A DNA stretch of 64,000 bases from Camelus ferus. Lineage: Eukaryota. The stretch is taken from NCBI RefSeq assembly GCF_009834535.1, contig NC_045696.1, positions 90,956,001 to 91,020,000 of the forward strand, read 5' to 3'. A program made the position numbers and the translations under genes. Each line of letters opens with the position of its first letter. Positions within the stretch are counted from its first letter, which is position 1. The notes under the pieces were generated by a model that had not been told where the DNA came from, made no database searches, and was given only the letters and a program-made list of their open reading frames with translations. Shown here one piece after another: positions 1-12,199 of this stretch.

Positions 1-629
1 CCTCCTAACCAGTGTAAAGTGTATTTCCTCCCTTTTCAGCACCCACTTCCTTCCTTTTTACACTCCTATTATTTTTCTTCCCAACTTGTGCCTTTAGCTG
101 GTTAGGCTAGTACTGCAGATATCTTCATTTAAATCAAATCTCATTGCTGACCAATTCTTAGCAGACAAATAGTAAAGAAATGGGACTGGTGTGGATTCAA
201 AGCTTAACCCCTCTGGCAATCTGTTCTACAGAGATCTTCATGCTTTTCTTACAAATGCGCTAGTTTCACATGTCACAGAGTGGAACAAGCAGCTTTTAGG
301 TCCATAAAGTAAATCTGTTTAGAATTAGCTCACTAATCAGTTTAATGACATTATAGTCACACCTGTAAGCATTTCCCTCCAGCCACTTAGAAGTGGTCAC
401 CATCTCCTCCACACTCTCTACAGTGTGGAGGAATTGAAGGATTTCCTGTATCCCCTTAGTCGAGAGGGCAGAGTACTTTTGCTAATGTTCTTTTTTGTCC
501 TACTACCTGAGTACTTTGCCTCCTCAGCCTGAAGCACGTGCTTGTGAAGCTGAGTTTCTCTGTGTTCTGCACAGTGCCTGGCCTAACTTGACTCAGCTTC
601 ATAGGGTGGGTGTCAGCAATCCTCCGGGA

Positions 630-725
630 GCAAGGCTTCTGCACCCTGCATGCCCATTGGAATCGCTTCCTTAGCTTTAAAGCAATACTCTTGTGCCAGT
701 CTTGCCTCAGACCAGAACCTCAAAT
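630..725. mobile_element. Degenerate MER5-like hAT-Charlie fragment
   Basis: 'ctgcatgcccattggaatcgcttccttagctttaaagcaatact...cagaccag' loosely follows the recalled MER5 'tgcacatcagaatcacctggagggcttgttaaaacacagat' segment. Confidence 0.35.
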
Positions 726-1164
726 GACTTTTGAAATTTAGTACTTGAGATTATAAAGATACGGAAAGAAACAGGCCAAAATAATAAGGACATGAAGTAA
801 AAAAGTGCTCCCTGAAAGCCATGCTTTAGAGGTAACTGGGAAGTTGTGGAATTAGATCTGGATTTGGACTCAGAAGATCAGGATGAGGATTCAGACTCTG
901 TCCTTGCTGAATATTCATAAGCTAGTCTGCTCCCAGCCTACTCTCTTCCTGGCAGTAGTTTGGGGGCCCACCCTTGCCTGTGATGGTGTTAGAATTACGG
1001 GGATGATCTACCTAGAATTACTTTAAAATGATATTTTTTAGAGCATTTCACATCTGCTAATTATTTATTTTCATCTTATTTTATTAAAGTTGTCTGGCCT
1101 CACTTTACCACACACAACTTGGGTCTATTTTTATCTCGTTTTTCTCTTTTGATTGTGCTAAGAT

Positions 1165-1380
1165 CAATGGTTCCTAGAGCCAGACTGCCTGCAGGCAATC
1201 CCAATAGACACTGATTTGCTGTGGGACCTTACATTCTTTTCCTCCTCGGGTTTTCTCCTCCATAAAATGAGCATAAAAATCTCTACCCCATGGTTTCATG
1301 AGAATTAAAAGAGGTAATGATTGTGAGGCACTAAACATCTCTTACATACTGGGGACTCAGGAAGTATTAGTTTTTCTTAC
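1165..1380 (+). mobile_element. MIR SINE
   Basis: 'agagccagactgcctg...gctgtgggacctt...ttttctcctccataaaatgagcataa...tgagaattaaaagaggtaatg' follows the MIR core and tail. Confidence 0.8.
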
Positions 1381-1784
1381 TGTTAGAGTGAGTGCTTAAA
1401 AAATTCAACCAGATCAGGCATTTCATGGTAATGGTTGAAGGGACAATTGCACCCTAAGTGGCCCATTTCAAGAGATTTTAGAGCTTTGGGTGGTAATTCA
1501 ACCAGCCACAGGGTACATTTTTTAGACACCTGCTTCAAATCAATGAAATGTCAATATTTGTAAACAGCTTTATTCAGAATTTATTTTCATTATTGCATTA
1601 TTGATTTTTCCTTCCATACAGAGCACGTGAAAGGAAGCATTTTATACAAGTTTCAGGTTCTAAAATAAAGTAAGGAATTGCGATTACCACCTTGTATACT
1701 ATCAGATTATAAACTTGTAGGATTGGAGAAAACCTATTTCCCTAGAACTGCATATTTTAAATTACCAAAATGATACACTCTCTA

Positions 1785-1895
1785 AAAAACTTTTATTATG
1801 GATATTGTCAAATAATCCATAATTTGTAAGGTCAGAGAGACTATTATAATGAACTCACATGTGCCCACCACCCACCTTCAGCAATTAACAATGCT
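1785..1895 (-). mobile_element. Old L1 (L1MC/L1ME-type) 3'-end fragment
   Basis: 'ttttattatggatattgtcaaa...tataatgaactcacatgtgcccaccacccaccttcagcaattaacaa' resembles the antisense L1MC4/L1ME 3' terminus. Confidence 0.55.
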
Positions 1896-4800
1896 TAGGT
1901 ATGACAAACATATGAAAGTGTCATATAACTGAGAGGTAAAGGAACTCCAGTTGAACCAAAGTGAAATACTTTTGTTAAAAAAATCCAAATAATACAAAAG
2001 TGTGTGAAGTACAAACAGGATAACCATATTTCCAATCATTTTTTAATAAACCTCTTAATAAGGATGCTATTTCAGTCAGGGTTTATAAAGTCACACAATG
2101 TCATAATTTAATGAGTGATAGATAAAAATTCTGGTCAGATCCTCACTGGGGATGGTTCTGACATATCAGTTACTTAGAAAATCTGATCTTTTCAGAGTAA
2201 AGCCCTTTAGCTGCCATTCTGTTTTAGATCACCATAATTCATTTGTTTCTTGATAGATACGGATTACAAATTTTACAAGCTTCTGTAATGGCTACAGAGG
2301 GAAATAAAGACATGGATAAGTAGTAAAATAAATGACAACAACTGTATTATGGAATGGTTGTATTCTAATGATGCTTTGGGTGAGAGATTACAAATGTGAG
2401 AAAAAGAATGCTCATTATCTCCTGCTTAGGTTCAAGGACACCATCTTTCTGGATGAAAGGTGATTCCAGTATTCACGTTTAACACAGATTCTGAGCTGTA
2501 TGTTTAAGGTTATGGTTTGAATTTTTCCCAAATTAGGTACATAGCCATTTCTCTGTGTGAGAGAAAATGGAAATTCAGGTCACATTTCAACTTGAGTTCA
2601 TTTTTCAAATTTCACCTTCAGAAGCAACGTCTACACAACCAACTGGCAGATTTAGCCTTCCAGAAAGTCTTTTCTCACTGTCCAAGGTCCACTGAAGATT
2701 GTGTTTGTTTACCATAGGCCCTAGGTACACCATGATGTTTTATTTTAGATTTAGAAGTCTTGAGACCCTCTAATATTTAAATATTTTTAAAGAAGTGGTT
2801 GTTTAATGGTTTTTAATCTCTTTCCACTAATTAATTTTAATGCTAATTAGACTCTATTTGAAAATTTCTGGAAATATTTGATGAGGTATCATTTGCACTA
2901 TCCATAACATTTTCAGTGAGTTTAAAAGAAATTTCTTATAGAAGTATTATTAAAAATTATTATACAAATTAAATTTAGATCCTATATACACAATATGGTC
3001 TAAAGTATTACTGACTGGATTAGTTCAACAATTGGGCCACACAAGATGTTTCATAAAAGTTTAGACACTAGAATAACATCTTAAGGCAATAGTAATTTGA
3101 TTTTTTTTTCCCTAAATGTGTTGCCATAGATTTTCCTAAATGTTTTACAAACAGTTATTAAAAGCACATTGAGAATCCAAATTCCCTTTGGGCAAAATGT
3201 TTTAGTACTTAACTTTCATTTAATTCAAAATTACATATGGTTAGAGTTGCAGAAAAACATCAGAAAATCATAACCAGCTATCACAACACCACATATTTAA
3301 ATCAGTGCAGTCTCATCAGAGGCATCTCAAGGTGCCTAGTAATAAAAATAAATAAAAGCAATCAGTATTATTCTTCCCTACACTATTAAAAAGGGACATT
3401 TAAATTTTAAGTTAGTTTCTAACAATTCAAAGACTTCTGAGATGCTGATGAGAAACTTCCAGTGATTGGTGAATTTTTGAAATGGGCTCACTGCCAGAGA
3501 AAGAACAGGAGGGCTCCGGGAAGAAATTCTTAAAGATTGGAGAATGCAAAGATCTTTCGGGAGAAAACATTGATTAAGAATCTTGGTCTAAAGTCCCAGT
3601 TCACAGCCACAAAACAGCTTTGTTTATAAAATGAAAACATTTAGGATTACCTGAATTGAAACTTGACAATTAAATTTTATAATTTGAAGGATATGCAAAT
3701 AGGTAATCGACTAACTACTAATGTATTTGGAACTCACCGAAGAGGGAGTGTATGAAATGAGCCAGCTGGTGGATGAAAAGAGCTGAAGAATTATGCTTTA
3801 TTTCTATTTAATGTTTCCATTTTAATTGTGCCTCTAGGTAACAGGCTTATAAATGGAAAGCCTGTCTTTTGTATGGAAGGTAGAATTACTCTTCTAAAAA
3901 AATTTAAATTGTAAGAGTTGAAAAATACCTTCAAGAGAATAAATTATCAAAGAAGAATACAGAGAGAATTTGCCAATGCAAAATTATGCTATTTTTGTAC
4001 CCAAAACTATTTGTATAAAAATGCAAATTAAAGTTAGCATGTGTTTTAGTTGGCTTAAAGCAAAGACAAGCTTTAAATTTTTCTTTCAGGCCCAATTTCA
4101 ATAAAAAATTCTTTGGTCTGGATTATAATTAGGCATTTCTCTCTAAATCCATACATCTTCCTTGAAAACACCACTTTTCCAGGGAATGAAAGAAATTTGG
4201 TGGCTGCTAGCTGAATTGGTGCAAGGCTTTTGAGCTTGGGTTTGATATATCTAACTCATGAACACATTACTTCCAAGATTTGTGCCTTGTTTCTGCTCTT
4301 AGCGGGTTTAAACTTAATGTGCCACCTGCTTTATTTGGTGCCTCTGGCTTGCCATCACTTCTGAATTTAAAAATTTAAATTACACTGAAAAAGAAAAAAA
4401 AATTTTTTCTTTCTTTCTTTTTTTTTTTTTTTTTTAACACAATTTTCCCTTTTAGGGAGATCAAAGAAACAACAATTCTGGGATCACACAGTTTTGATTT
4501 CTTTATACAAAAGAGTGTTACCAAAGAGTGGAAAGGGCAGGTGACATTCCTACTTCCTAACTGGGTCATCAAAATTTTAAAGCCATTGCACTGGAATAAA
4601 GCAAAATTTTCTAAAGCATTTCAAGGATTTAAGAGTATGCAAACTTTATAAGATTTGCTTGTTTATATGGGATGATGTAAAAGGAAGGTAAATATGCTGA
4701 TGAATGAGGGCAAAGAATGATGTGTATTTTTAAAAACAATGACAAGATGGCCATCCTTGGACAACTGAAGCATTTCAATGGGGACCTACCTCTTAGCGGT

Positions 4801-5149
4801 ATCCTGTGATAAAGAGGAAAACTGGGAGGTAAACGAAATTCAATCAAACTGAGTTGATTTGCAGAGCATGGAGATACTGACCCTACTGCTCCTCAAAAAA
4901 ATCTTACATTATTTGTTAGAACAAATAATTGGTAAATAGATACGTGTGTTGATCTGGGTTTTGGTAAGTATAGGTGCTGAATCCTGATATTTGTGTAACT
5001 GGGAAAGGATGCAAGAAATTATGACTCTTGTGAAGAAAAGAAGGGCTGAGACCCATTTCTTCTTCCTTAATTTCCCCTCCTGAAGATTGCCAGGTCCAGA
5101 TGACATTAACCAACACCCTCATGTGGTTACTTTATGTCCAGATACTTCC

Positions 5150-5965
5150 ACTTTGTAATTCTCTTATGGGTCCTCTTCTGAATCCCCACATTTTCTTCAT
5201 TGCAAGATCCTGCCCTTTTTACTTCCTAAGTCTCTCTCCTTTCTTGCCTTTCTTCTCCAATTCCATTGCTGTTGCCTTGGTTCCAGCCTTGTGTTCTCTT
5301 TCATGGACTACAGCCCCCTTGACTTTATGCATTTCATCTCACCTACTTCCAAGTCACCCTCCATTCAGCCATCAGGGTGATATTTCTATCACAAAGGTCC
5401 CCTTGCGTCATTTCAAACTCAACATTTTACAGTGGCTCCTCTCGTGCCAGAGAGAATCGAAACTCCTTATATGGCCTATCAAACACTTTCTGATGTGGCC
5501 CATAACCACATGTCCAACACCATTACTGCCATTCTGTTCAAGTAGTCAAAAACCACTTGGAACCCCTGCTGCCCCTGAGCCTTTGCTCATGTTCTTTCTT
5601 TTCTTTCTTCTGGTTTCCCCTTTCTACCCTTCTTCTCATACTCAGCATCTCTTTGTTCTTTAAGCATCATTCTTTTTCCTGAAATGCTGAACTGACCCCT
5701 TTCCTCCCTCACTATTGCCTCTCCCAAAAGTTCAGACCTCTGTTTCTGCTCCCAAGGTACTGAGTGTCTCCTCTGTAGTCAAGCAGGATGCTATGTTAAA
5801 ATTTTTTGCTTGTCTGTTTCCACAATAAGCCATAAACTAATCAAGGTCAGGGAGGGTGTCATTCCTTTTGGGTTATCTGCAACCCACAATAGACACTTCC
5901 TGAACACTGCTGCCTAATACATCTTTGTTGAGGGAATGAATATGTGAATAAGTTGTATGAATGGA
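5150..5965 (+). mobile_element. L2 LINE 3' portion
   Basis: Pyrimidine-rich L2 segment ('cagccatcagggtgatatttct...cagtggctcc...aaactccttatatggcct') ending in the L2 tail 'tttgttgagggaatgaatatgtgaat'. Confidence 0.8.
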
Positions 5966-6989
5966 ACGAGATGAAACAGAGAGACTAAAAATGCCACATA
6001 TCTTAGAATTCACTGACCTGGTGATTTTCTGTATTTAGAATTCAGATTTTGATATTAACTCCCACTAAAGAAAATCCAGCAAGTATTAAGAGCAGTTGTT
6101 TTCCAAAGAGACTGAATGGCTTAGATTTTGGAGAATCATGAAGGGATAAAACCATGAACACTATTTGCTACCGTATGAAAGACTTTTAATATAAAACAAC
6201 AACAGCAACATTCACTGTGCTTACCCTTTCCTGTAGACAAAATAAAATGATGATGGAAAGCTCAGAGTACTGTTTACAGATGTCTTAAAGATTTAGGGCT
6301 GCATGTCAAGGCTGATACTGGAACCATCTTGGTTTGGCACATGAGGTGACTTCAGAAGGAGGCCCACTGGTGAGACCTCAGAATCTCCAGAAGGACTGGA
6401 GGCTAGATATGGAGCAATGCTGGATCCATGAAAGATGGGACAGATACCAGTCCAAAGTGGAATCATATGGCAGCAAAGGCATAACAAGGATGCAGGAGAA
6501 TCCAAACAATGCTCTGCGGCTCTAAAATTCTTTTCATCCAAAGAGCTCAGAAGGCTTTCCTCTAGCTTTCTTTGAGGAAGAAGCCTTGGGTCTAAGGCGA
6601 GGAGACTAATCTATGAGCAGAAACTTTCAAGGGCTGTGAGTTATGTTTTACGATCTGGCACTTGTCCTAATAATGAGCTCCAGTAAGTCACTAAAGTGTC
6701 TTTTTCTAAACTGTGTGACATTAACTATCACTTTTATTTGTTCGTGTTTAGAAGGGCAACAGCTTCCTAAACACTTTTTTGGCTTCCATTTAGAGTAAGA
6801 CCCCATTGTAGGTAAACGTTACAATCCGAATTTTGCCTTTCAACATGGAATAAATGTTCTTACTTTTTCAGTGAAGGATAACTGATAAAAATGGCACCTT
6901 GTATTGAGGAAGTGGTAGCAAACTCATACAGAATAATATGTTTAAAATCAGATGTCACATTTCTTACTCCAGCACTCTATAGTATAGTG

Positions 6990-7200
6990 ATTACACCAGA
7001 AAACTGTATCTATCAAATACCTATGTGCTATACTGGGCCAGGCCAGATACGAAAATTCCAAGTCAAATGAAATAAAATCCCCACCCTCAAAGAGTTTGTA
7101 GCTTAATGAAAGAGAAGGAGAATAGGTCATCTCTTATGAGACACTGTGATAGGTACACTGAACAAGTGTGTAGGAAGTATTGTGGAGACTCGCTAAGAAA
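6990..7200 (-). mobile_element. L2 3' fragment
   Basis: 'tatcaaatacctatgtgcta...ccccaccctcaaagagtttgtagcttaatg' matches an antisense L2 3' end. Confidence 0.6.
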
Positions 7201-7469
7201 TGGAACCCAAACCAGATTTTGTGTGTGTGTGTATGTATGTATGTATAGATGTACATATATGTGTGCATGTGCACCCACATGAAAGAGGAGATGAAAATTT
7301 GGTTTAATAAATTACTGTCAGCTTTTGAAACGTTTGGTTAAAATCTGGCATCTTGTCACACATTTCTTCAAAATCTACTTTTGGTTAGAATCTTCAATAA
7401 TACAGTTAACCTGTCTCATTGTATATTCAAGTTTCCTCATTGATACCTCAATTCATATTGTATTCACTC

Positions 7470-7940
7470 AGATGATGCCAAATCTTATTTTACAGACAGA
7501 AATTGTGAGCTGCCATCAGCAAGATGATATACCAATGGCACTTAAGTGACAGAACCAGGATACTATTTCTTTCTTTTTTTTTTTTTTAAATCTTCCTTCC
7601 TCCTTGACCTAATATCTTTAAAAACAATTTTTTAAAATTGAAGTATACTTGACTTACAATGTTGTATTAGTTTCAAGTGTACAGCAAAGTGATTCAGTTA
7701 TACATACATATACTTTTTCAGATTCTTTTCCATTATAGGTTACTACAAGAGGTTGAATGTAGTTCCCTGTGCTATACAGTAGGTCCTTGTTCATCTATTT
7801 TATATATAGTAGTGTGAATCTGTTAATGTTTTGTATTTTTTTATGTCTGTGTCTGTGAATCTGTTTCTGTTTTGTAAATGAGTTCATTTCTTCAGAGATA
7901 CTATTTCTTGATTCTGAGTCTAGAGTTTAGTTCACCAAAT
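7470..7940 (-). mobile_element. MIR interrupted by an L1 insertion
   Basis: 'ttattttacagacagaaattgtgagc...aagtgacagaaccagga' before the L1 and 'gattctgagtctagagt' after it continue an antisense MIR. Confidence 0.55.
7572..7896 (-). mobile_element. 5'-truncated artiodactyl/camelid L1 3' end with 13-bp TSD
   Basis: 'attgaagtatacttgacttacaatgttgtattagtttcaagtgtacagcaaagtgattcagttatacat' is an L1 3' terminus; TSD gatactatttctt at 7559-7571 and 7897-7909. Confidence 0.9.
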
Positions 7941-8491
7941 CCACTTCTTTTAGGGTAAAGCTTGTGTATCTGCTGTCTCCTGGGGAGTGATGGTTGAGTT
8001 TGGCTCTCTTATCCCTTTGATGTAGATTTTTTTAGCTGGTATCCCTAGAAAGATTTCCTTAGTAGTACTTTCTGAGTAGAGCCATGCTGCTTGCTTTGGC
8101 CTGGGAAACTCTAGCTAATTCTGACCGACAGCCTTAAAGAGAAAGAAGTGGTTTGCTAGTGATTCCATGACACAGATGAATGGTGTAAGTTTAATTCCTG
8201 GGTTCCTTATCTTTATGGGTCCCTATCTGTTTATAAAGTTATGCTTTATTGCTAGGAGAGGTTTTGTGTGTGTGTGTGTGTGGGATTTTTTTTTGGTTTG
8301 TTTTTGAGTTTTAACTGAGTGAAATCCTTGTGCAAACCTCTAAGGTTTGGAGAAGTTCTGATTCTTGCCATACTAAGTAGTGGAGGGACGCAGGACTTTC
8401 CCACAGCACCTCCCACAGGTGTTTTAAGACTGGGTGATTTAGGTAAGGATGGGGGCTGGGTCAGAAAACCTTCCAGTCCTAGGACAGTGAC

Positions 8492-8496
<5 letters not shown>

Positions 8497-8556
<60 letters not shown>
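8497..8556. repeat. (TG)30 microsatellite
   Basis: Perfect TG dinucleotide run read directly. Confidence 0.98.
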
Positions 8557-8559
<3 letters not shown>

Positions 8560-9494
8560 CAAGGTCCTCAACCCCAGGGGACTGTATTGAAATCTGGGAT
8601 GTAAGTGAAGTTTGAAAAACAAAGCATATTTAGCATTACAATTTAATACTTTGAAAGGAATAAAATATTTTTGTAAAAACAATGGAAAATATATCAGAAG
8701 ATTTTTGATTAGGAGGCTGTGAGGTGCCCATGCCCTTCCTAGGAGAGGGGGCAACACATTTTTTCGAAGTGGAAAGTTTAAAGTGTAATGGTTTTAGAAT
8801 TTCCTCCAGGCCCAGCTCTCCAGATTTTTCTCTCTGTCTTTCCTGCTGTCATCTTCACCAGAAGCTGTTTCCTATAGAATGCTTTTATTAGAAGACTGGA
8901 ACCGTAAAGCCAACGCTGTCTGTCTTTCCTAGGCCAGGGAGTCTTCAGGCTGTTGCTTGAGGTTCTGCCAGTGACTCCAGCCCATTAAGCCATGGCCTTC
9001 TCTGGAATCAAAGTCAACCAGGCAACAGTGACACTGACTTCAAAACGTAATGGGTGTTCTGTTCTGTTGTTTTTTTTTTCTCTTTTGTTTGCAAAGTCCG
9101 CTAGGCAACAGTTATGCTGGCTATGCAGTGTGATTGGTGTTTTGTTTTTTCCATCCCAACTAGACAGAGCCTAGAGAATGTTACTTGAAAAGAATGGAAA
9201 AAACTGGCTGTGGATTTTAATGTGGTCTTCAGATTAGAGAGTTCTGGAATGGAAATCTGAAGACTGAACTCAGAGCATAAGCCTTCAGCAGTGATATAAG
9301 TGGGATGATATTTATAGCTGGATGAAGAATGAAAAAAAATTTATAGTTATATATTTATTTTAAATAAAAACAGCTGTTACACCTGTGATTTTACAGATTT
9401 TAAAGCTGAGAACGAGGCAATGTTTTTTTTAAAGGAGTTGTTTTAAAGAAAAATAGTCTTTAAAATAAAAATGATATTCTTGGTGGTGGCAGTT

Positions 9495-9963
9495 GTAGAA
9501 GACTTTGTGTTGTGTCCCCAGCACTCTTCTTCTCCCATCCTGAAGTAGCCATGCTGACGGGGTGGGCTAGGAAAGCCCCCTGAATGGCCTAACTCATTAG
9601 TGGAGTTGCCACAGTGATTGGTTCAGGCATGGGCACATGACCCAAGATGGTCGAATCAGAGTGAAACTCAGCAATTTTCCCCAGTGGTTGAAAGAAACAA
9701 CCCTCTCATTCCTTCTGGATGGTCTTGTGTGTGGAAGGGAGGCCTTTGCAGAGAAGCAGGCATCCATTTCCCCCCTCCACAGGAAAGGCAGCTTGAGGAT
9801 GCTGTAGACACATCAAGGAGAGCAGGGCCTAGAGAACTGCAGAGAAAGGGAGTCAGACCCCCACTCAAATGCTAGCATTGGAATTCTCAGGCACTTGAGT
9901 CAGTCTAGTCCCTTTATTGTCTTGTTTTCTGCTTCTTGCAGCTGAAAGTGTCCTAATAGGGCA
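9495..9963 (+). mobile_element. MaLR LTR (MLT1J/K/L-type)
   Basis: 'gccacagtgattggttcaggcatgggcacatgacccaag...aatcagag' and 3' end 'ttcttgcagctgaaagtgtcctaa'. Confidence 0.75.
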
Positions 9964-10094
9964 GATGTGGCAAAGTGAGGAAGGCAGGACACCAATGTCT
10001 GAAGTTTAGGAAACCCAGGCTTAGAGGGCAGAGTCCAGACTCCTCACCTTGCAGTAGATCTGTATTAATAAAAATGATTTTTAAAAAGTAGAAT

Positions 10095-10195
10095 AGTTAG
10101 TATTCATTGTGGGCTAACTATGTGCAGGCACTGTTCTTAGCACTTTACGTAGGTTATGTCATTGAAACCTTGCAATGATCCTATGACAAAGTGAG
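10095..10195 (-). mobile_element. MIR fragment
   Basis: 'taactatgtgcaggcactgttcttagcactttacgtaggttatgtcattgaaaccttgcaatgatcctatga' is an antisense MIR tail. Confidence 0.75.
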
Positions 10196-10340
10196 TCAGA
10201 ACACCTGGATTTTTGTCCCATCTTTGCCATTTACTGGCTGATGACTTTGCATACATCATATCATTTCTCAGTATGTCACTTTTCTGCCTCAGAGGGGTGT
10301 GAATCCTGAATGAGATAATATGATCTAAACACCTTAGTGT
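10193..10340 (+). mobile_element. MIR fragment
   Basis: 'gagtcagaacacctggatt...tttgccatttactggctgatgactttg...tgaatgagataatatg'. Confidence 0.65.
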
Positions 10341-10449
10341 GTTACTTTAAAAAAAACTTACATCTCATTACCTGTCATTGTCCTCCGAGAGTTCTCTGTT
10401 CTATGGCAACTAACCACACAGTTTTGCAAATTTAACATATGCAGTACTA

Positions 10450-10740
10450 TTTCTTGTGTGAAAAGCCATCTTTTCTCCTCTCTGCTTTCTTACATTCTGC
10501 CCTTGTTTCAAAGCCTAGTTCAAGACATAACCTTTTCTGCAAGCTCTCCCACCACCACTCACTAGCTAATGCGGCCTTCTTTTCATAGAAGTTGTCCCAT
10601 CCATTGGCCCTTATCACATGCCATCTTAGTTGCTTTTTAATTCTTGATGTCCTGTTTTCCCACAAGATTGTAAATTAATAAAGGTCAGAGACGTTGTAAT
10701 CTAGCTTGTAACTTATCACTCACTGGGTGCAATGATAACT
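10450..10740 (+). mobile_element. L2 fragment
   Basis: 'ttcaaagcctagttcaag...ttttctgcaagctctcc...ttcccacaagattgtaaattaataaaggtcagagac'. Confidence 0.6.
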
Positions 10741-12199
10741 TGGTGACTCTGAGAAAATCCTTTTTGCCTTAATTTACCCAAGTGCACACCTGCTTAGAAG
10801 AGATGTAGAGAAGAAAAGTCATTTTTTGTCAAAGGCATGAAAAGTAGTTGTTTTTTGTTTTTGTTGAATTTAGCTACCTATATACTTGGCTCTTACCCAT
10901 TTAACCTTTACCTTCTGTTCCCCGTTCATTCCCCAAATAATACAAATAAATAAATATTGAACAATAATGGCAACAACCAGAAAAAAAAAACCTCCCAGCA
11001 CAAACTAGAAGTAGCTAGTGATTCATGATGACAGGAAGGATGCTAGTGTGCTGGTGTAGAGGGAGCTGCCCGGAGCTGACTTCCCTTCAGGTATCAAAGT
11101 TTGCTGCAGGAGTGAAGGTGTGGGTAGCCTTTGGGAAGAAAAGAGAGGAATTCTTTGGAGTGTCCGTGGACATAACTATTTTCTTCTTCCTCAGTACATT
11201 CCAGGCTAGTGGTTAAGGGCTACTGGTAGAGGCCCAGTCTCAAACACATATTTTATAAGGTGCTCTGAGTCTCTTTGAATTCAGAGTAGATGCTGGATAA
11301 ACCCAAGATGGCGTTATTTAACCCAGGTGGGCACCAGGCCTTCTTGGTTTGCTGTCTTAAATACTGTTCACATTTATTGAAGCTCAGGAGTTGTTTCATG
11401 CCTGTTAAGGGTATCGTAACACATGATGCCTATGTTGTTATTTCAATTAACTTTAAAATTTTAAAAACTCCAATGATTGCTTTTTGTAAGCATTTTGCTG
11501 CTTTCTTTGTTTTCATTAGACTTGTTGACACTGCATTCAGGATGACTCATTTTCAAAACATAGAGTGGTGGAGACTGTGGATGTGCCAGTAAAGTGGAAA
11601 CCAGGGCTTTGCTCTGTTCAGTCTAAGGAGGAGATGAGGCTGTCTTAAATAGTAGATAATAATAATAATGATATACCTTATGTGTGTACAGAGCTTTATA
11701 GTTTTCAAAATACTTTCACATTTTTTTATTCTTCCTTGAAAGGAAGTCGAATAACAAACAATCATGATGGGTGATCAATATGATGAAGGCACGGCACTCT
11801 GGGCAGGCCGGGAGAAAATGTGGATGATCTAAGCTGTTAGCTGAACAAGTGTAGAGTTCTTGTCATTTCAATTAGGACACATGTACATTTTCTGATTGCA
11901 GGAAAGAGAAACAAAAGCTGCTCCCATGCTGGGGTGGATGGATGCTCAGTGGGCAGGTGCATCTCAGCACCCTTGGCTTTAGGACAGGCTCAGGGATGAG
12001 GGAGCGCTGTTATTTTTAATATCACTGTATTAACTGTCTAATAAGTAGTAAAAGGGTGGTAAAAGCATATTTTAAATTATGAAATAAGTAACTTAGGTTG
12101 TATCTCAGATCCTTGGATGATGAACTGACAAGCCTGGTTCTCTAGGAGAATGCTCCATGCAGGGTCCAAATGCAGGCAAGTACCATGAATAACAACTGC

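Noticed and set aside
5100..5663. Longest ORF (187 aa)
   Set aside because: Lies in a pyrimidine-rich L2 relic; the L/P/S/F-rich composition reflects base bias and shows no recognisable domain.
6290..6545. Exon-like, purine-rich patch with overlapping short ORFs
   Set aside because: Peptides are unrecognisable and no consistent acceptor/donor pair was found.
8319..8757. CV- and HT-repeat ORFs
   Set aside because: Translations of (TG)30.
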